A DNA stretch of 63,879 bases, counting the filler, from Phoronis australis (taxonomy: Eukaryota > Animalia > Phoronida): assembly GCA_002633005.1 (NCBI GenBank). It is 5 parts of 5 records of this genome, joined end to end, with 100 filler letters (N's around TTAATTAATTAA, not from the genome) between each part and the next. Parts side by side here need not be neighbours in the genome. Positions count along the whole stretch, not along the records: positions 1 to 22,250 come from NMRA01000684.1; 4 more parts are not named here. One strand, written 5' to 3'. Of this stretch, positions 1 to 11,410 are shown one piece after another. The translations under genes were made by a program, and so were the position numbers. How positions within the stretch are numbered: the first letter of the stretch is position 1; each line of letters begins with the position of its first letter. The notes beneath the pieces were generated by a model that was not told the DNA's origin, did no database searches, and saw nothing but the letters and a program-made list of their open reading frames with translations.

Positions 1-63
1 CACCAACCCACCACACCAGCCCACCACTGACACCAGCCCACCACACGAACCCAACGCACCAAC
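1..63. repeat. Low-complexity CA/C-rich repeat (CACCAGCCCACCA-like units) in a PARP4 intron
   Basis: Reiterated caccagcccacca / caccaacccacca units at the window start. Confidence 0.6.
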
Positions 64-80
64 ATATCACACTAACCCAC

Positions 81-237
81 CGGATGCCACATCAGTGCAC
101 TCAGCATCCTCCAGTGCAGGAGACTCAGCATCCACTTGGATGTGCATTGGATGGAGTGTTGGGTCTTCAGCTAGCGAGAACTCCACCAGATATTTGAGGC
201 TCTGTTGCCTTACGTCGTAGATGACATACTCATCGTC
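81..237 (-). CDS. PARP4: PARP4 exon: end of catalytic domain (DDEYVIYDVRQQSLKYLVEF...); gene continues beyond the left edge
   Basis: Acceptor ttttgcag and donor G|GTGGGT. Contains the catalytic Glu motif DDEYVIY. Phase 0 matches the preceding exon. Confidence 0.9.
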
Positions 238-748
238 CTGCAAAAGCAGAGTGTGAGAGATCTGACCATAACTTGAAGACAGTAACATGGCATTGATTGT
301 TTCTTACTTTTATTGCAACCCGTGTCATAGTAATAAGAACACAAAAAGGTTTCTGTACAGAACGAGCAAGACTTGGCAAAATTGGTGATAATTCGTCTCG
401 AGACACGATAACAATCAAAATGTAAATACCACAAATATAGCAATAGTAATAACAATAACAACACTTCTAGTAATGATAATTAAAAGGATTAATAACAATA
501 TAAAATTAGTAAGAATACTAGCAGCAATAATTAAAGACAGAAAATTCAAACCATCTAAGTTGGCACAAAGGTGGGGAAGACAAAATACTCAGGAAAATTA
601 TTTTCAAACACAAATTTCACTATAATCATACATAATCAATATACTCAACATGACATTTGTCAAAACAAACTTGGTAGCTGTAAGTGCCATACGACTTGAA
701 CAAACATTATGTAAACAAAGAAGATACGGTAATTTTCACAAAGTATAC

Positions 749-938
749 CTGGAAGTCTGAGTCTATGCCTTTCTCTGATGACTGTTTGACACCGTGAACG
801 CTGTCATAGCCTTCAGGAGGTGCTGTCAATGTGGTGTGGTATTTCCAATACTCCCTGCACCTTCCAAGTGCAACCTCAGACACAAGCAGCATTCGAGACC
901 CCACAGTTGAGCTGGGCTTGGAGTACTTCACCGATGTA
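749..938 (-). CDS. PARP4: PARP4 exon: catalytic domain (STSVKYSKP...EVALGRC...PPEGYDSVHGVK...SDFQ)
   Basis: ctcag acceptor and CAG|GTATAC donor. PARP motifs EVALG and GYDSVHG. Phases are consistent. Confidence 0.93.
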
Positions 939-1255
939 CTGAGGACAGGGAAAACTATTAGCTTGAGAGCCGTTTGAAAACGACCTTTGTTTGTTTGGCC
1001 TTGTCTTAATATGACTCAGTCTACTGCAGTGCTGACTTCAAAATGAAAAACCTGACGTTTTGGTGCTTTTGAATATCTTTGGGCACCAAAAGATTTACTT
1101 GTCAGAGGATTGAATAGTTATTTAATCTAAATCTAACAACAATTCGAAAAACTGGAAAACATAATCAACTAATTTGTTGCCAAGGTTGGCACTTTGACTT
1201 GCCAGGCAGATAATTATTCCATACTGCCACGTCAAGAACAGGCAATTGTCCCTAC

Positions 1256-1354
1256 CTGACATCATCTGTGAAATAAATACCCGATCCCAGCATGCCAGCA
1301 TCAGTTCGAACTCCACCATGGTCATCAACCACGACCTTGGGCAAGAGTAAACCT
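1256..1354 (-). CDS. PARP4: PARP4 exon: PARP signature (GLLLPKVVVDDHGGVRTDAGMLGSGIYFTDDV)
   Basis: PARP4-typical RTDxGxLGSGIYF motif. ttccag acceptor, AG|GTAGGG donor, phase 2-2. Confidence 0.94.
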
Positions 1355-2514
1355 CTGGAAAATAAGCATTCAACTCCTTCACTGACAGTCTGAGAATAGT
1401 CAACTTGGGGTATCCACAGCAACACTTTGATTTGGTAGTATTCACCCACAAAGCTATTGATGGGAGACTTTCAGGAAGCAATGGGGGCTTATCACTTGGG
1501 AATGGTGACTCGTATCGCCACCTAGCTGTACGAGGAGTTACTTTGTCTTCACAGCAGGTGGCATAGGTGAACAGTTTGACTTCGTGAAAAGACACTTTTG
1601 CAGTATTTGTGACTGGACGTGACGAGTTTTAAACAAAATTTATAAACTTTAAGTGTCTCCTTGTCCTCTGAATGTCACTGCTATCTGGTCCCACATGACT
1701 AGTCGCCACGTTGCTATTTGAAAGTCTCCCATTACATTTCATCCGTCATCATTGCATCTCCTGACAGTGGTAATAACTTTTAAATCAAGTTTAACTTTTG
1801 AATGAGTTCCAGTGCTGACCCCCAAAAATCTGACAAACTGGGTAAGGCAAGAACTTGCCAGTGGTCTTAATTTGTCTTACTCAACTCAAAACTGCAAGTG
1901 CTTTTTACCTCCCGTCAAGGAGAATTGAATTCAGGAAGTTGCCACTGGAAGTGTGCATGCATCATGATTGAAGACCAAGATTTCCGTACTTGTCTATAGT
2001 AAGTATTTCCTAGTCCAAGTAACATGATCAAGTTTGGAGGACGGAAGAATGATGGTAAGATCTTAATAGCACGGCGATGCTTAATAAGTACACAGAGAAA
2101 ACAGGAATCACCAAAAAATCCCACCCCAAAAGATATCCAAGCATGAGATCGGTAAAAAGATACCAAACCCAGTTTTGACCTATTAATAGAGATTGAAAAC
2201 AACGTTCCCATCCATTACTCTGAAACAAAATAATGCACTGTCTCTAACCCTAGACAACCTCAAAGGCTTGGAGGAGAGAATTTGAAAATGAATTGCACGG
2301 CAACTTTGGGAAAAGACCACCTACCAAGAAACATAATATAATATCTGGGACATAAGGATTATGATGTCATTAGTTGGTTCCTGCTTTTTAAGATTGACGC
2401 CAATGATACACTTAGTAGCCGATGACAGAACAAGGAATTTGGTTGAAATCATCAAGACAGGATTTAGTATCCTTTTAAGAGTTTAAAACGCAACACACCA
2501 CAACTCTAACTCAC

Positions 2515-2637
2515 CTGGACAATATGCCCACAACATTTTTCACCTGTGTGGCATGGAACAGCAGACGTCGGTTGGAGTCAAACTTCAAGCTTTCCACAGA
2601 ACGATGGACTTTGTAGATGTTCTTGACCTTTATACAT
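2515..2637 (-). CDS. PARP4: PARP4 exon: CIKVKNIYKVHRSVESLKFDSNRRLLFHATQVKNVVGILSR (catalytic His)
   Basis: Not in the ORF track; translated by hand. ttgcag acceptor, AG|GTGAGT donor, phase 2-2. Confidence 0.92.
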
Positions 2638-3542
2638 CTGCAATACGAAGAAACGCTTGACTGATGCATTTTCCTGTCTGTTTCAACATCATACGATATT
2701 TAGTAATGCCACTCTTTTCATTTCTTTCTCACAGTTGAAGCTGTCACACGCGGCACATGGCAAATCAATTGAAAGCCAATGAATGCATTTTATTTTTAAG
2801 TTGCATTTACAGTCATCACAACCCATCACCTAGACAGTCCATTACAATATCTTCTTAGAATTGTTTCCTTCAAAATTTATGGCCTTGGAGTAGCAATCTA
2901 TGCAGCATATCTTTGGTGCAAACACTAGCCTACTACAACCGTATTAGCATTAAATTTACATCATCTGAAAACATGGGCCAATTGATCACCGTAAAATTTA
3001 TTTCATTGACTTTACTCAGCATGAATGCTTTGTCCAGGGCAGTAACAGAACCGCCAGTCAGTGATTAGTGCAGGTTTTTGGCAAGTCCATTGTTTGGTAA
3101 TAGACGGATATAACTTGCGGACAGTTGAGAACCAGTTTTCTGGTTCTCTAAATGTGGGGACGTTTTATCGGACTACTGCTTTTAGTATTACAGGGAGAAC
3201 AATGCAGAACAAATAGCAAAATAGCAGATCTTGTAACCAACTGACAGAGCTTCTTGGAAAAGATAACAATAAGTCTCAATAAAATAAACACAAACTCATT
3301 GGCAATAAGACGGTAAATGCATTCTTGTCTATAGAATGCAAAAAGATAAGAACATTGCTCACAAAGGGGTCCATTTACCTGTTTTTGAAGCTGCCACATG
3401 CAGCATATGGCAAATCAATTGAAAGCTAATGAATGCAAGCATGTTATATCTTAAGTTGCATTACAGTAATCACAACCCATCACCTAGACAGTCCATTACA
3501 CTATTCTCACAAAGGGGATGTAAATCATCCAACGCCAATTAC

Positions 3543-3715
3543 CTGTTTTTATCGGAGGTGTTCTTTGTGATCAGTTCTGCCACAGAATCAAACTCCTCTT
3601 TGTTATTATTCCCTAGGTCAACAATGTTACACCGCAGGGCCTTGTACTTGGACAGCACGCTGGATCTGACTGACCAGTCAGTAGCCTCACTCACAGACAG
3701 TATGTCTCTCAGCAG
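3543..3715 (-). CDS. PARP4: PARP4 exon (duplicate copy 1): LLRDILSVSEATDW...SKYKALRCNI
   Basis: Resembles the PARP4 helical/catalytic junction (LIRD...KYRALRC). atgcag acceptor, AG|GTAATT donor, phase 0-2. Confidence 0.88.
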
Positions 3716-4410
3716 CTGCATAAACAAGACAAGAGCGGTAAAGGCTTCATTGCTACTCAGCTGTAATAAAATCAAATTCTGCTCCTCGACCAATCACTTA
3801 AAGTGAGACTGCGTGGACACACCCTGCTGTCATGGCGGACTTGACTACAGCGCAGGGACAAATATTTATTTCAATGCCGACTGCCTCTCTTTGCTTTGAC
3901 TTAGCATTACCATAACCAGAACTGAGCTGGTTATCTAACTGTGCCTCATCTATCAGCTGTCACTATGTAATTTATATTTCAACAAAATCAAAGAGTGCCT
4001 GGAGATGTCCCCACCCACACCATGGTACAAAATATGAATGCAATCTTAAGCTTCCTTCGTGAGTTATCTCCCCAACAACATGCCAAGATATATGGAGGGT
4101 TGGTCGTGAACACCATGTCCCCCCAGTTTGCACTAATGTGTAACAAGACACAATAATCAGACACAATTGAAACAAAAGTTGGCATATTTGGTCTCATGGG
4201 GAAATCATGGCTATGCTCAAAGTGTAAAAATAGTCTGCATTCCTTCCTTACTTTATATAGCACTTAAATAGCACCACATCACTAACTTTTCAAGGATAGA
4301 CAATTATATTGAATATTCTTTTCAAACATACAGCAAAAAATATTACTTCAAGTCGGTGACTAAATCAAAATCTCAACTGCCATTAATTATTTCAACTGTG
4401 TGCTGTTTAC

Positions 4411-4578
4411 CTGGCAGAAATCTTGTTTCTGTGCAAGAATCTTTATGGAAACAATTGGCTCTGCGCACGAATTAACATGTGGTACAGTTTTGTAGAAGTC
4501 ATCTGACAGCGACGCAACTGTCTTCCCTTCCTTGAGACATGTCTTAATTTGAAGCAGTATGCCTTCCGCTTTCTCAAC
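4411..4578 (-). CDS. PARP4: PARP4 exon (duplicate copy 1): VEKAEGILLQIK...FYKTVPH...KQDFCQ, helical regulatory domain
   Basis: 168 nt, phase 0-0, canonical splice sites. KAEGILL and FYxxxPH motifs. Confidence 0.88.
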
Positions 4579-5136
4579 CTGAAAAGGACAAATGATTTCA
4601 ACCACACTGCTTTGAAGCTATAAGATTCAGATTAGTGTTAAAACATTAGAAGAGAGACAAGTAGACATTCAATTAAAACAGTGATTGCTGAATGGTTTTT
4701 ATCCAAAATTGTGTAAAAATCCCTCATTTTTAGCAATAAAAATCTGTCATGGTAATTACGACATAAATCAGACTAGACTTATCACATTTAATGACACAGC
4801 GGTAAANTCTTGAACCAACAGACAGAGCTTCTTGGAAAAGATAACAATAAGTCTCAATGAAATAAACACAAACTCATTGGCAACAAGACGGTAAATGCAT
4901 TCTTGTCTATAGAATGCAAAAAGATAAAAACATTGCTCACAAAGGGGTGGTAATTAGTCCAATGCCATTTACCTGTTTTTGAAGCTGCCACATGCGGCAT
5001 ATGGCAAATCAATTGAAAGCTAATGAATGCAAGCATGTTATATCTTAAGTTGCATTACAGTCATCACAACCCATCACCTAGACAGTCCATTACACTATTC
5101 TCACAAAGGGGATGTAAATCATCCAACGCCAATTAC

Positions 5137-5309
5137 CTGTTTTTATCGGAGGTGTTCTTTGTGATCAGTTTTGCCACAGAATCAAACTCCTCTTCGTTAT
5201 TATTCCCTAGGTCAACAATGTTACACCGCAGGGCCTTGTACTTGGACAGCAAGCTCGATCTGACTGACCAGTCAGTAGCCTCACTCACAGACAGTATGTC
5301 TCTCAGCAG
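5137..5309 (-). CDS. PARP4: PARP4 exon (duplicate copy 2 of 3543-3715)
   Basis: Same splice sites. Three amino-acid differences from copy 1 (V/L, K/E, E/K). Confidence 0.8.
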
Positions 5310-6004
5310 CTGCATAAACAAGACAAGAGCGGTAAAGGCTTCATTGCTACTCTGCTGAAATAAAATCAAATTCTGCTCCTCGACCAATCACTTAAAGTGA
5401 GACTGCGTGGACACACCCTGCTGTCATGGCAGACTTGACTACAGCACAGGGACAAATATTTATTTCAATGCCGACTGCCTCTCTTTGCCTTGACTTAGCA
5501 TTACCATAACCAGAACTGAGCTGGTTATCTAACTGTGCCTCATCTATCAGCTGTCACTATGTAATTTATATTTCAACAAAATCAAAGAGTGCCTGGAGAT
5601 GTCCCAACCCACACCATGGTACAAAAAATGAACGCAATCTTAAGCTTCCTTCGTGAGTTATCTCCCGAACAACATGCCAAGATATATGAAGGGTTGGTCT
5701 TGAACACCATGTCCCCCCCAGTTTGCATTAACATGTAACAGGGCTCAATAATCAGACACAATTGAAACAAAAGTTGGCATATTTGGTCTCATGGGGAAAT
5801 CATGGCTATGCTCAAAGTGTAAAAATAGTCTGCATTCCTTCCTTACTTTATATAACACTTAAATAGCACCACATCATAAACTTTTAAAGGATAGACAATT
5901 ATATTGATATTCTTTTCAAACATACAGCAAAAAATATTACTTCAAGTCGGTGACTAAATCAAAATCTCAACTGCCATTAATTATTCCAACTCTGTGCTGT
6001 TTAC

Positions 6005-6172
6005 CTGGCAGAAGTCTTGTTTCTGTGCAAGAATCTTTATAGAAACAATTGGCTCTGCACACGAATTAACATGTGGTACAGTTTTGTAGAAGTCATCTGA
6101 CAGCGACGCAACTGTCTTCCCTTCCTTGAGACATGTCTTAATTTGAAGCAGTATGCCTTCCGCTTTCTCAAC
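6005..6172 (-). CDS. PARP4: PARP4 exon (duplicate copy 2 of 4411-4578)
   Basis: Identical translation; only synonymous differences. Confidence 0.85.
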
Positions 6173-6744
6173 CTGAAAAGGACAAATGATTTCAACCACA
6201 CTGCTTTGAAGCTATAAGATTCAGATTAGTGTTAAAACATTAGAAGAGAGACAAGTAGACATTCAATTAAAACAGTGATTGCTGAATGGTTTTTATCCAA
6301 AATTGTGTAAAAATCCCTCATTTTTAGCAATAAAAATCTGTCATGGTAATTACGACATAAATCAGACTAGACTTATCACATTTAATGACACAGCGGTAAA
6401 TTTTGGGGATAAACTAAAAAAGTGACCATAAATGAACCCTTTAGTGAAACGGGCCCCTTCTACAAACTCACCTCCATGCACATCCACATTTCAGAATGAA
6501 TATCCTAAATTCATTGGTACTGTCAGTACGGATCCTAAATCCAAGTCCTGTGTCCAAGTATACGTCTACCATTCATACACAATCCTCACATTTGCTAGCA
6601 GTCATTTGGTAAAATTACCCCTGAACAAGTGGTATATAGGCTGTCATAGCGATAGCTTGAATGGTGAAATAATAAACACAGCTAAGGAGGGTGGGGCATG
6701 GAGTGAAACCAACCTATGGTAAAGCCTATTTATTAACTACACAC

Positions 6745-6885
6745 CTTGTCAATCTTCACACAGTCAATAGGCTGCGCTAGTGTATTCTCCAGATGTCCTA
6801 CTGCTTCAGCCCAGAGATGTTGAACAAGAGCCTTGACTTCGAGAGATAGATTATCATCTTCAGTTTTGATCCAATCTGATGGGCT
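6745..6885 (-). CDS. PARP4: PARP4 exon: SPSDWIKTEDDNLSLEVKALVQHLWAEAVGHLENTLAQPIDCVKIDK
   Basis: 141 nt, phase 0-0. WAEAxGHL motif at the start of the PARP4 helical domain. Confidence 0.9.
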
Positions 6886-7479
6886 CTGTGGATAAAAAAA
6901 TGGACATCACAAATGGAATAAGACTTAGTGTACAGATGACTGCCATTGAAAACAGAACAACCACTGTCAGTTGCAAATTAGTTTTTATAATGGTTTCCAT
7001 GACCTCTGTCTACATAAACACAATAAACGTTATTAAACTACCTGACTACACTAAGTTAACTTTGTATTCAGGATTCTTTATAAGAAAATATAGCGGTCAG
7101 ACAACTCACAAAGGATTACACGGCTGCTAGTATAAAAATTATCTCGGGCTTATTGACAGAACTGATGTTATTAAATTTGTTTTAGGCACATTCACAGAAC
7201 TTCCCAACTATACCCAAAAATTGCATTTTTGGACAATGTCAAGGTAAACACTGACAAGTGAGATTATCATGATACTGTATTGACGAGTCATTATACCCAT
7301 GAGCATCTGAACTGCACTTATATGCGAAACTTAAGCGCATGCACCAATATATGAACCACTTGGGTAAAAAAGGCTGAGAAAAAAGGCGATATTTCAGCTA
7401 TAGGCCCATGGGCCTAAAGGTGCAGCTATACGCTACTAGAAAAGACTGTTGAAGAATACAACCCGTGAGAGTAATTTAC

Positions 7480-7632
7480 CTTCCTGAACTGTGGCGATCC
7501 AATCTCAAAAGAAGGCAGGAGCTCGACGTCTTTGAAGCCAGCTGTTATCTTCTTCTTGTACAGATAGTTGTAGACGCAGAGGATGTGTTCTGCAGTGGTG
7601 GCGTGGAACACTTCAGTACTCTCAACGGTTAC
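7480..7632 (-). CDS. PARP4: PARP4 exon: VTVESTEVF...FEIGSPQFRK (WGR-like region)
   Basis: 153 nt, phase 0-0, tctcag acceptor, AAG|GTAAAT donor. Confidence 0.8.
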
Positions 7633-7990
7633 CTGAGATTCACCATAAAAATTAAGTTTAAAAACAATAACACAGGGTCCTGGGCAGGCGCACGGTAAAT
7701 ATAAAAAGAGGAAATTAAGCAAATTGAATGCAGCTGTAACAGTTTGCTAAAATATCGTTTCACTTTTCGTTTTCACGGAACTATCCGTTTTTGATAAAAG
7801 TCATATTTTTGATAGCCCTAATTGTATTGCAAGAGTGCACTTTAAAGCAATTCCTATTGGAGAACATTGTGTTAAGCATAGTATGTGAAAGTTCCATTTG
7901 AATCAGATCAGTCATTTTTGAGACACAGTGTTCTGAATTTAGCCAAACTTGTACATTATGCTAGGGTACTACGAAACTTTAAGAACTTGC

Positions 7991-8113
7991 CTTTGCTGCA
8001 ATGAACCCCGTCTGGCAAAACACTCTATAACAAGTCTCTGCGTCTTTAGTCAAACTTGCGTGCAGCTCCAAAACACAAAACGCCAATTTTGTACTCCCCT
8101 TGTCGGCACTTTC
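7991..8113 (-). CDS. PARP4: PARP4 exon: ESADKGSTKLAFCVLELHAS...YRVFCQTGFIAAK, ending in a GC donor
   Basis: 123 nt, phase 0-0, ttcacag acceptor. Donor is AAG|GCAAGT; an in-frame stop follows three codons later. Confidence 0.78.
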
Positions 8114-8486
8114 CTGTGAAGAATAACAGAAGTCTGGAGAACAGGCATGGGCAACATGGATCGTTTTTCTATTGCAACAAAATATTCTATGCATTTCCTG
8201 GGGATCTATTGCTCATCCATTCAGTGATTTACAGAAACTATTACACACACTGAAAATACTCAGACAAAATTACCCAGAATACCCTCATGACCTCTGACAC
8301 CAAGCAGAATTCCCTCACTCCCACAATGCCAGTGCAGGCAGAATTCACCGTCAGAGCAGCCGGAATGAGCCATGGGTCAGCACTAGTAATTATCAAAGGG
8401 AACAGAATATTGTCTAATAATCTTTGGCATGAATTGTATTCTGCTGTAAAAACAAACAATTTAAAATCAATTGAAATATTTTGATA

Positions 8487-9455
8487 GGCCCTTTCATATT
8501 AACATTGACGCGTCAGTGTCTTGGGGAGTTGCGGTCAGTGTGAACAGTTAACTTCGGTCCTGGATCGAAGTTAACAGCGCCAGTTAACTTCGCAGTAAAC
8601 AGGAGTGGTGGATTTAACAGCAGAGCGTCAATGCTACATTGCAGTATAAACACTCAACTTCGGTCCCAATGAGGTTATCGCCAGGGGCCATTGTTATTGT
8701 CAACAATTAAAGGTCAGTGTTGTCACCAGTAGTTACTCTTCTTCTTCTTCCAAAAATCAACAAACGATCGTGGTATCGATCCTTACTTGTTGGCGCATTG
8801 TTAGTATAAAACTTAGGTGCACGTAACTGTGAAAAATAACAATAAAACGAAGTGCTGGTTAGTGCCAAGATAAAAAGGTCTTAATGATTACTGTGTAAGA
8901 TTGATGTTCAAGATGTGACTTGAGAATATTTCTATTGTTTCTGATGAAATGGCGAATTGTGGGAGTCTATTCCAGAGTAGAATGGTAGATAGAAAGAGTT
9001 TGCGTAGTATGCACTGCGGATGTATGATCTCTCAAAGGTATGGGAGTGGGAGTTTCGTGATCTGGAGGACTGTAGGAGTGGAAGGTATGAGTGAGGAATA
9101 GCAACCAGGTTATGTACGGTCTTGTACAGAAGGGAAAGTTTGTTCTGAGCTCGTCTTTCCTGGAGGGTGGGCCAATTGAGAGTTGCTTATATTTTGCTCG
9201 AATAATCACCAAACAAATTAGAAATAAGTTTTATGTCAATTAGCACAATCATGCAAATATTCCCAAATTGTCACATTAAAAAAATCTTAGCATGCACGCG
9301 ATACATCCATCAATGCTACCTTGTGATTGCTTCGATGACAAAAGTGTCACCTACCATTTACTTCGATATCTGTTAACTACCTAAAAGCCGATATGAACAG
9401 TTCAGTTAACTTCGCAGTTTACATCGACGCTCCGTTAAGGCAGTATGAAAGGGCC
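8487..9455. mobile_element. MITE-like element with GGCCCTTTCATA...TATGAAAGGGCC TIRs (PIF/Harbinger-like)
   Basis: 12-bp perfect terminal inverted repeat and internal GTTAACTTCG repeats near both ends. No clean TSD. Confidence 0.65.
8737..9200 (-). mobile_element. 3' fragment of a CR1/L2-like LINE nested in the MITE
   Basis: Minus-strand frame LYKTVHNLVAIPHSYL...SRSRNSHSHTF...YYANSF resembles a LINE ORF2 C-terminus. (GAA)n tail at 8737-8750. Confidence 0.6.
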
Positions 9456-9555
9456 TTTACAGAACATCTACCTGTAATCCTCATAAAGTCCCAAATTGCT
9501 ATTGGGTTGGTTACCATTTAGCTCAGTCTATACTTCATCAAATTACAATGTATAC

Positions 9556-9704
9556 CTGTCTCAGAATATTGCACTTGGCAATTAGATATTTATCCTCCAT
9601 GAAGTAAGGAGCTTTGTTGTCTCCCCATTTCCAACCTTTGACCTTTGCTGGATCAATGATTGAATAGTGAGGTCGAGACACCTTTTCTGACTGCAGTGAC
9701 GAGA
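9556..9704 (-). CDS. PARP4: PARP4 exon: (V)SSLQSEKVSRP...WKWGDNKAPYFMEDKYLIAKCNILRQ
   Basis: 149 nt, phase 1-0, open frame with canonical sites. Bridges the phases of both flanking exons. Confidence 0.8.
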
Positions 9705-10781
9705 CTGGAATTAAGGAGATTGATCAGAGAAGAACAAGGAAAAAGTCTTGACTCAAGCAAGAGATACACCAGCAGTAGTTTAACTTAAACGTCAAATTGC
9801 CTATGTGCCGTGTAAACAAATTTAGTCAGTTCACATTAGACAATTTAACCTGCACTTACACCCAGCATCTTATTTGTGCCAAGCACAGGCAGCTTTCGTT
9901 CAATGAGCGTGATTTCATATTTCATTTAACTGCTTATTTTTAACCTACCAGTAAATTATTTTCTGAATCCATAGAGGCTAGAAAATCTTAATTCATGTCA
10001 AAAATGTTATAAAGTTGTCTCTAATAATGCAATTACCATAATTCTTTTGTGAAAATTCACATATTTTCTTTTGAACATGAAAGTAATTTAAACTGTCATT
10101 GACTTCAAGTTTGAACTTTATACAATATATACTGTAAAATTACCGTCAAAGTTGCCCAATTCTCACTTTCAATGTCTTCTAAGGAAATTTTTAAAAACTT
10201 TTGTTTGATGGCATAAAAAACTTGAAAATGGTAGTTTTACTTTGGTGCAATATATGCTATATGAATTTAATACATGAGCCATATTGTGCGTGGAATTAGT
10301 GAGATATTACCAGACTGCCAATGTCAGGAGAGTCGATGACCCAAATCATTTGCCTTCAGGCAACAGAGATATTAGTCCTCAAAGTCCCTTTTAAAAACAG
10401 TGTCGAAAGACTCCATGTTTCACTGCAATATCTCCATTGCTTGAAGGTTAATCAAAACATCTAAGAATCAGTAGGGTCATACTCATAAAATAAGTGTGCA
10501 AAATTTTGTGCCAGTCGATGTATGCACTTAAGAGGAATTGGTGTTCTTACTGCTAAAAGCATCGAAAATGAAAAGGCCAGAAAACGGCTACTTGATTTGC
10601 CACGTAATTGAAGTCATCACACGCAACATGCATATTTGGCGCATAAATAATTCCTAAAGAAATGTTACAAGAACCAGTGAAATTTTAAATCGTATCCAAT
10701 TTGTGACTACTGCAATTTTGAAAACCCACGTAACTGATTGATTTAACGTTAAAACAAAAAATCATGGCCACAAATGATTAC

Positions 10782-10977
10782 CAGCAATTTTCCCCTTGCT
10801 GAAGATGTCGCACTTAGTCTCCCCAGCAACTCTGTGGTCGTCATAGCAACACAGTTTACCATTCCTGATGGACAACCACAAAAAGTCTAGTGATACCACA
10901 GGAATACCAAGCTTGAGTGCTGTCCGGCACTTGTACGTATCAACATTATTTGGATCAGTTGCAATCAGACAAGAACA
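10782..10977 (-). CDS. PARP4: PARP4 exon: second half of the BRCT domain (CSCLIATD...KLGIPVVSLDFLWLSI)
   Basis: BRCT motif GIPVVSxxFL. Phase 0-1, canonical sites. Confidence 0.9.
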
Positions 10978-11059
10978 CTGCAAAGAAACCAAGCAATGAA
11001 ATAAGTAGGAATTATTATAATATATTCTTCTTACACTCCATATATTGGTCACATAAATC

Positions 11060-11166
11060 ACGTGACCTATAGATAAGTCTAAAAAGAGCTCTGCCCTGAC
11101 TAGGACTCCACCTTGAGACTTTCTGCTAACGATGCAGACACTCTAGTCCACTGAGGTATCAGCTGA
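11060..11166 (-). mobile_element. Degenerate tRNA-derived SINE-like unit
   Basis: A-box-like TACCTCAGTGG, anticodon-like arm TCTGC-ATCGTTA-GCAGA, decayed B-box, T5 run. Confidence 0.55.
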
Positions 11167-11319
11167 TTACTGTTAAATAATTCAGACTTAATAGGAAGCA
11201 TCTTACCCAAACTTGGGAATGAGTAAACATAATAATTACAGTAATAACTGCTGAACATTATGAATTATCACAAAACATTCTTAAGTCTGTTTTGCACGCC
11301 AACTGTTGGCTACATCAAA

Positions 11320-11410
11320 TGACCTGATGAACATAAGTCTCAAAAGACTTCTGCCCCCGACCGGGACTCGAACCCAGGACCTTCTGCTAACCATGCAGAC
11401 GCTCTAGCCA
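11320..11410 (-). mobile_element. 5'-truncated tRNA-derived SINE-like unit with intact B-box
   Basis: GGTTCGAGTCCC T-arm, TCTGC-ATGGTTA-GCAGA arm, T4 run, and a tail shared with the 11060-11166 copy. Confidence 0.65.

Larger units (their letters stand above)
3229..6400. repeat. Tandem direct duplication of about 1.59 kb (3229-4806 and 4808-6400) containing two PARP4 exons
   Basis: Near-identical copies with exons offset by 1594 nt. The junction is a single N at 4807. Confidence 0.95.

Noticed and set aside
1122-1595. 157-aa minus-strand ORF
   Set aside because: It overlaps a PARP4 exon in another frame and has no recognisable motif.
3429-5358. Plus-strand ORFs MNASMLYLKL... (two copies)
   Set aside because: Antisense to PARP4 exons; duplicated only because the segment is duplicated.
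11351-11410. Functional tRNA-Thr gene
   Set aside because: The 5' acceptor strand and part of the D-arm are missing, and the sister copy has a decayed T-loop.
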